Program-made: the position numbers and the translations under genes
From: a virus
Taxonomy: Duplodnaviria > Caudoviricetes
Virus record (IMG/VR): IMGVR_UViG_3300046662_000041
Coordinates: 28,924-92,923 of that record
Reading direction: 5' to 3' (one strand)
DNA length: 64,000 bases
Part shown: positions 62,254 to 64,000 of the stretch, piece by piece
Position numbering within the stretch: position 1 is the first letter of the stretch
Layout of the letters: each line of letters begins with the position of its first letter
Notes under the pieces: generated by a model
What the model was told of the DNA's origin: nothing
The model's input: only the letters and a program-made list of their open reading frames with translations
Databases searched by the model: none

Positions 62254-62442
62254 ATGGGATTCCATACGATGACTCAGACTCAACTTGACGAGATCATTCG
62301 TGAAGCAAAAGGCCCCCAATCCGTCGAAGAAATGATTAGCGATGGCAGGATCTGGCAGGTGTGGGCCTTGTCTGGCAACATACGACTCAAGATCAATAAG
62401 GTCACGGGTGAGTACAGGATCTGGAAAGCTCGGACTCGCTAG
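62254..62442 (+). CDS. Hypothetical protein
   Basis: SD GGAGG. Confidence 0.55.
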   Translation: MGFHTMTQTQLDEIIREAKGPQSVEEMISDGRIWQVWALSGNIRLKINKVTGEYRIWKARTR

Positions 62443-62589
62443 TGGACAATACGCTTCCGCCGATGGCAGATCAGGAACGCCAAGACCTCGAAGTAGAAGC
62501 TGGACGTCCACTGACTGAAGCACAGGCCCATGAGTTTCGGATTCGCAAGCTACAGAAGCAAGCGTTGGAACGTGTACTAGAGGAGCCAT

Positions 62590-62898
62590 ATGTTCGACGC
62601 TGAGGACAACTACTATTCCGATCAGAACAGCATCAATGCTGAGCCAGCCTTTTGTGACGTATGTGGCCACAGCTTGCTACTTGTCGAGCTAACAGAAACA
62701 GGACCTAAGTATGTTTGCACTATATGTGAGGAAGCACTCGGCATTGCTGTTGCAGATCTCAAAGAGAGGCACAGCGATGATGGCATTGATATACGTGATG
62801 CTGCTTTCCTGTGGGAGATGCAGATCCGTGTTGATCCTGACATGCTATCTTGGTTTCGAAATGGCAGGCAGCTACGTGCTGTAGAGAAACTCAAATGA
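62590..62898 (+). CDS. Zn-ribbon hypothetical protein
   Basis: CDVCG..CTICE; SD GAGGAG. Confidence 0.6.
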   Translation: MFDAEDNYYSDQNSINAEPAFCDVCGHSLLLVELTETGPKYVCTICEEALGIAVADLKERHSDDGIDIRDAAFLWEMQIRVDPDMLSWFRNGRQLRAVEKLK

Positions 62899-63056
62899 AT
62901 TGGCCAGCCTTCGTAAACGCTCCACTTGACGCTATCGAACAGGAGCGTGATCGGTGGCAGCAAGCCGAAGTCGACAGGCTGACGCCACTGGCCAAAGAAG
63001 AATTTCGAATGGAGCTTCTGCGCGAGTTTAGAAAAATGCTTAGGAGGATACGATGA
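62895..63056 (+). CDS. Small hypothetical protein
   Basis: ATGA overlaps at both ends. Confidence 0.5.
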   Translation: MNWPAFVNAPLDAIEQERDRWQQAEVDRLTPLAKEEFRMELLREFRKMLRRIR

Positions 63057-63412
63057 TTCAAATAGGTGGGCAACATGTAATGCCGGAGCATGTTATAGCT
63101 GTCCGTGTCGTGAAGCACAAGGAAGGCTTCCGGCGCTATAGCTGGCAGATCGAGGTGCTCCTCGTAAATGGCGAAAAGATTTTAGATTGGGGCCGTGGAA
63201 GCGATGATCTCCGCGGCGCCGAAGAGACTGCACACTGGCTCGCGAATCATATCGATGAATGCCGACTGGCCGCACTGCCTCAGCCTGCTCCGGCCAAAGT
63301 TATTAGTGCCCTGCTTCTTGCTGGCGGCAAAATCGACACAATCAAACTACTTCGAGAGGCAACAGGTGTTGGTCTAAAAGAAGCGAAAGATTTCGCCGAC
63401 CTGTTTCGCTAG
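63053..63412 (+). CDS. Protein with a C-terminal ribosomal L7/L12 CTD-like domain
   Basis: GKIDTIKLLREATGVGLKEAKDFAD matches the K+..IK..R..TGLGLKEAK signature. Confidence 0.8.
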   Translation: MIQIGGQHVMPEHVIAVRVVKHKEGFRRYSWQIEVLLVNGEKILDWGRGSDDLRGAEETAHWLANHIDECRLAALPQPAPAKVISALLLAGGKIDTIKLLREATGVGLKEAKDFADLFR

Positions 63413-63423
63413 GAGGATTACCC

Positions 63424-63723
63424 ATGCCGGCACAATGGTCCATGAAAGCACAGCAGGAGCGTTTAGCGGCACTACAAGCCGACCTGATCGCCAGGCGGGT
63501 AAAAGCAATTGAACTGCTCCGCAAGAATGATTGGGATGTCCAGACTTACAAAGGCGATCTACCTTCCCACGTCAAATCTGTGGTGCCTGATAACTTTCCT
63601 GGCAGTGTCTACTGGGTAGCAAAGATGCCAGGCGCCTATCCTGTGATCATCCGGACGCTCATAGAGTTAGAGCGCAAGACGCTCGGAATGGTTCACCAGC
63701 TAGGCGTAACAGATGACAAGTGA
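63424..63723 (+). CDS. Hypothetical protein
   Basis: SD AGGAGG. Confidence 0.6.
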   Translation: MPAQWSMKAQQERLAALQADLIARRVKAIELLRKNDWDVQTYKGDLPSHVKSVVPDNFPGSVYWVAKMPGAYPVIIRTLIELERKTLGMVHQLGVTDDK

Positions 63724-64000
63724 TGCATGGCCGCATTCAAGTCCTGCCAGCAATGCACCCGACCTGTCAGCAGGCGAGCAAGATGTGAGTGCTGTGGGAA
63801 GCAACTCTGCCCTTCCTGCCGAAGTGAACACCGCTCCCTTCGATCATGTCTGGTACTGGAAGGTAACGTCTATGCGTGTGATCGATCGCAAGGGGCAACT
63901 GTGCAGAGTGCTAGTCAGGGGATCCAAGAATAGTGTGCTAGTTGAATTCGAAGATGGCTTCCGTGTTTGTACTTCCCGCCGCGCAGTCCGACCAGTAAGC

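Overview
This window is a 64-kb segment of a tailed dsDNA phage (siphovirus) with an HK97-type head and a GTA-like tail tip. No integrase, repressor or CRISPR array is visible. The SSB sequence suggests an Acidobacteriota-like host (inference). There are four transcription blocks. (1) 1-18550, minus strand: a glycan-assembly cluster (GT17-like, GT11, three GT31-like, GT2/GT12-like and GT-B-like glycosyltransferases plus two methyltransferases), a sigma-r4-type regulator, and a replisome/recombination module (beta clamp, primase-helicase, UvrD, PD-(D/E)XK nuclease, SSB, annealing protein). (2) 18689-24705, plus strand: three paralogous HTH proteins, a circularly permuted two-piece tmRNA gene with an atypical 26-residue tag, and a nitrilase-fold gene coupled to a family-A DNA polymerase. 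(3) 24708-59725, minus strand: nucleotide-pool enzymes, RecA, candidate lysis genes, tail, head and packaging genes. (4) 60075-64000, plus strand: small early genes, including DUF2786 and an L7/L12-CTD protein. The most notable items are the permuted phage tmRNA, the candidate virion glycosylation pathway, and the nitrilase/PolA pair carrying clamp-binding-like motifs. All family assignments come from motif recognition by eye; no searches were run.
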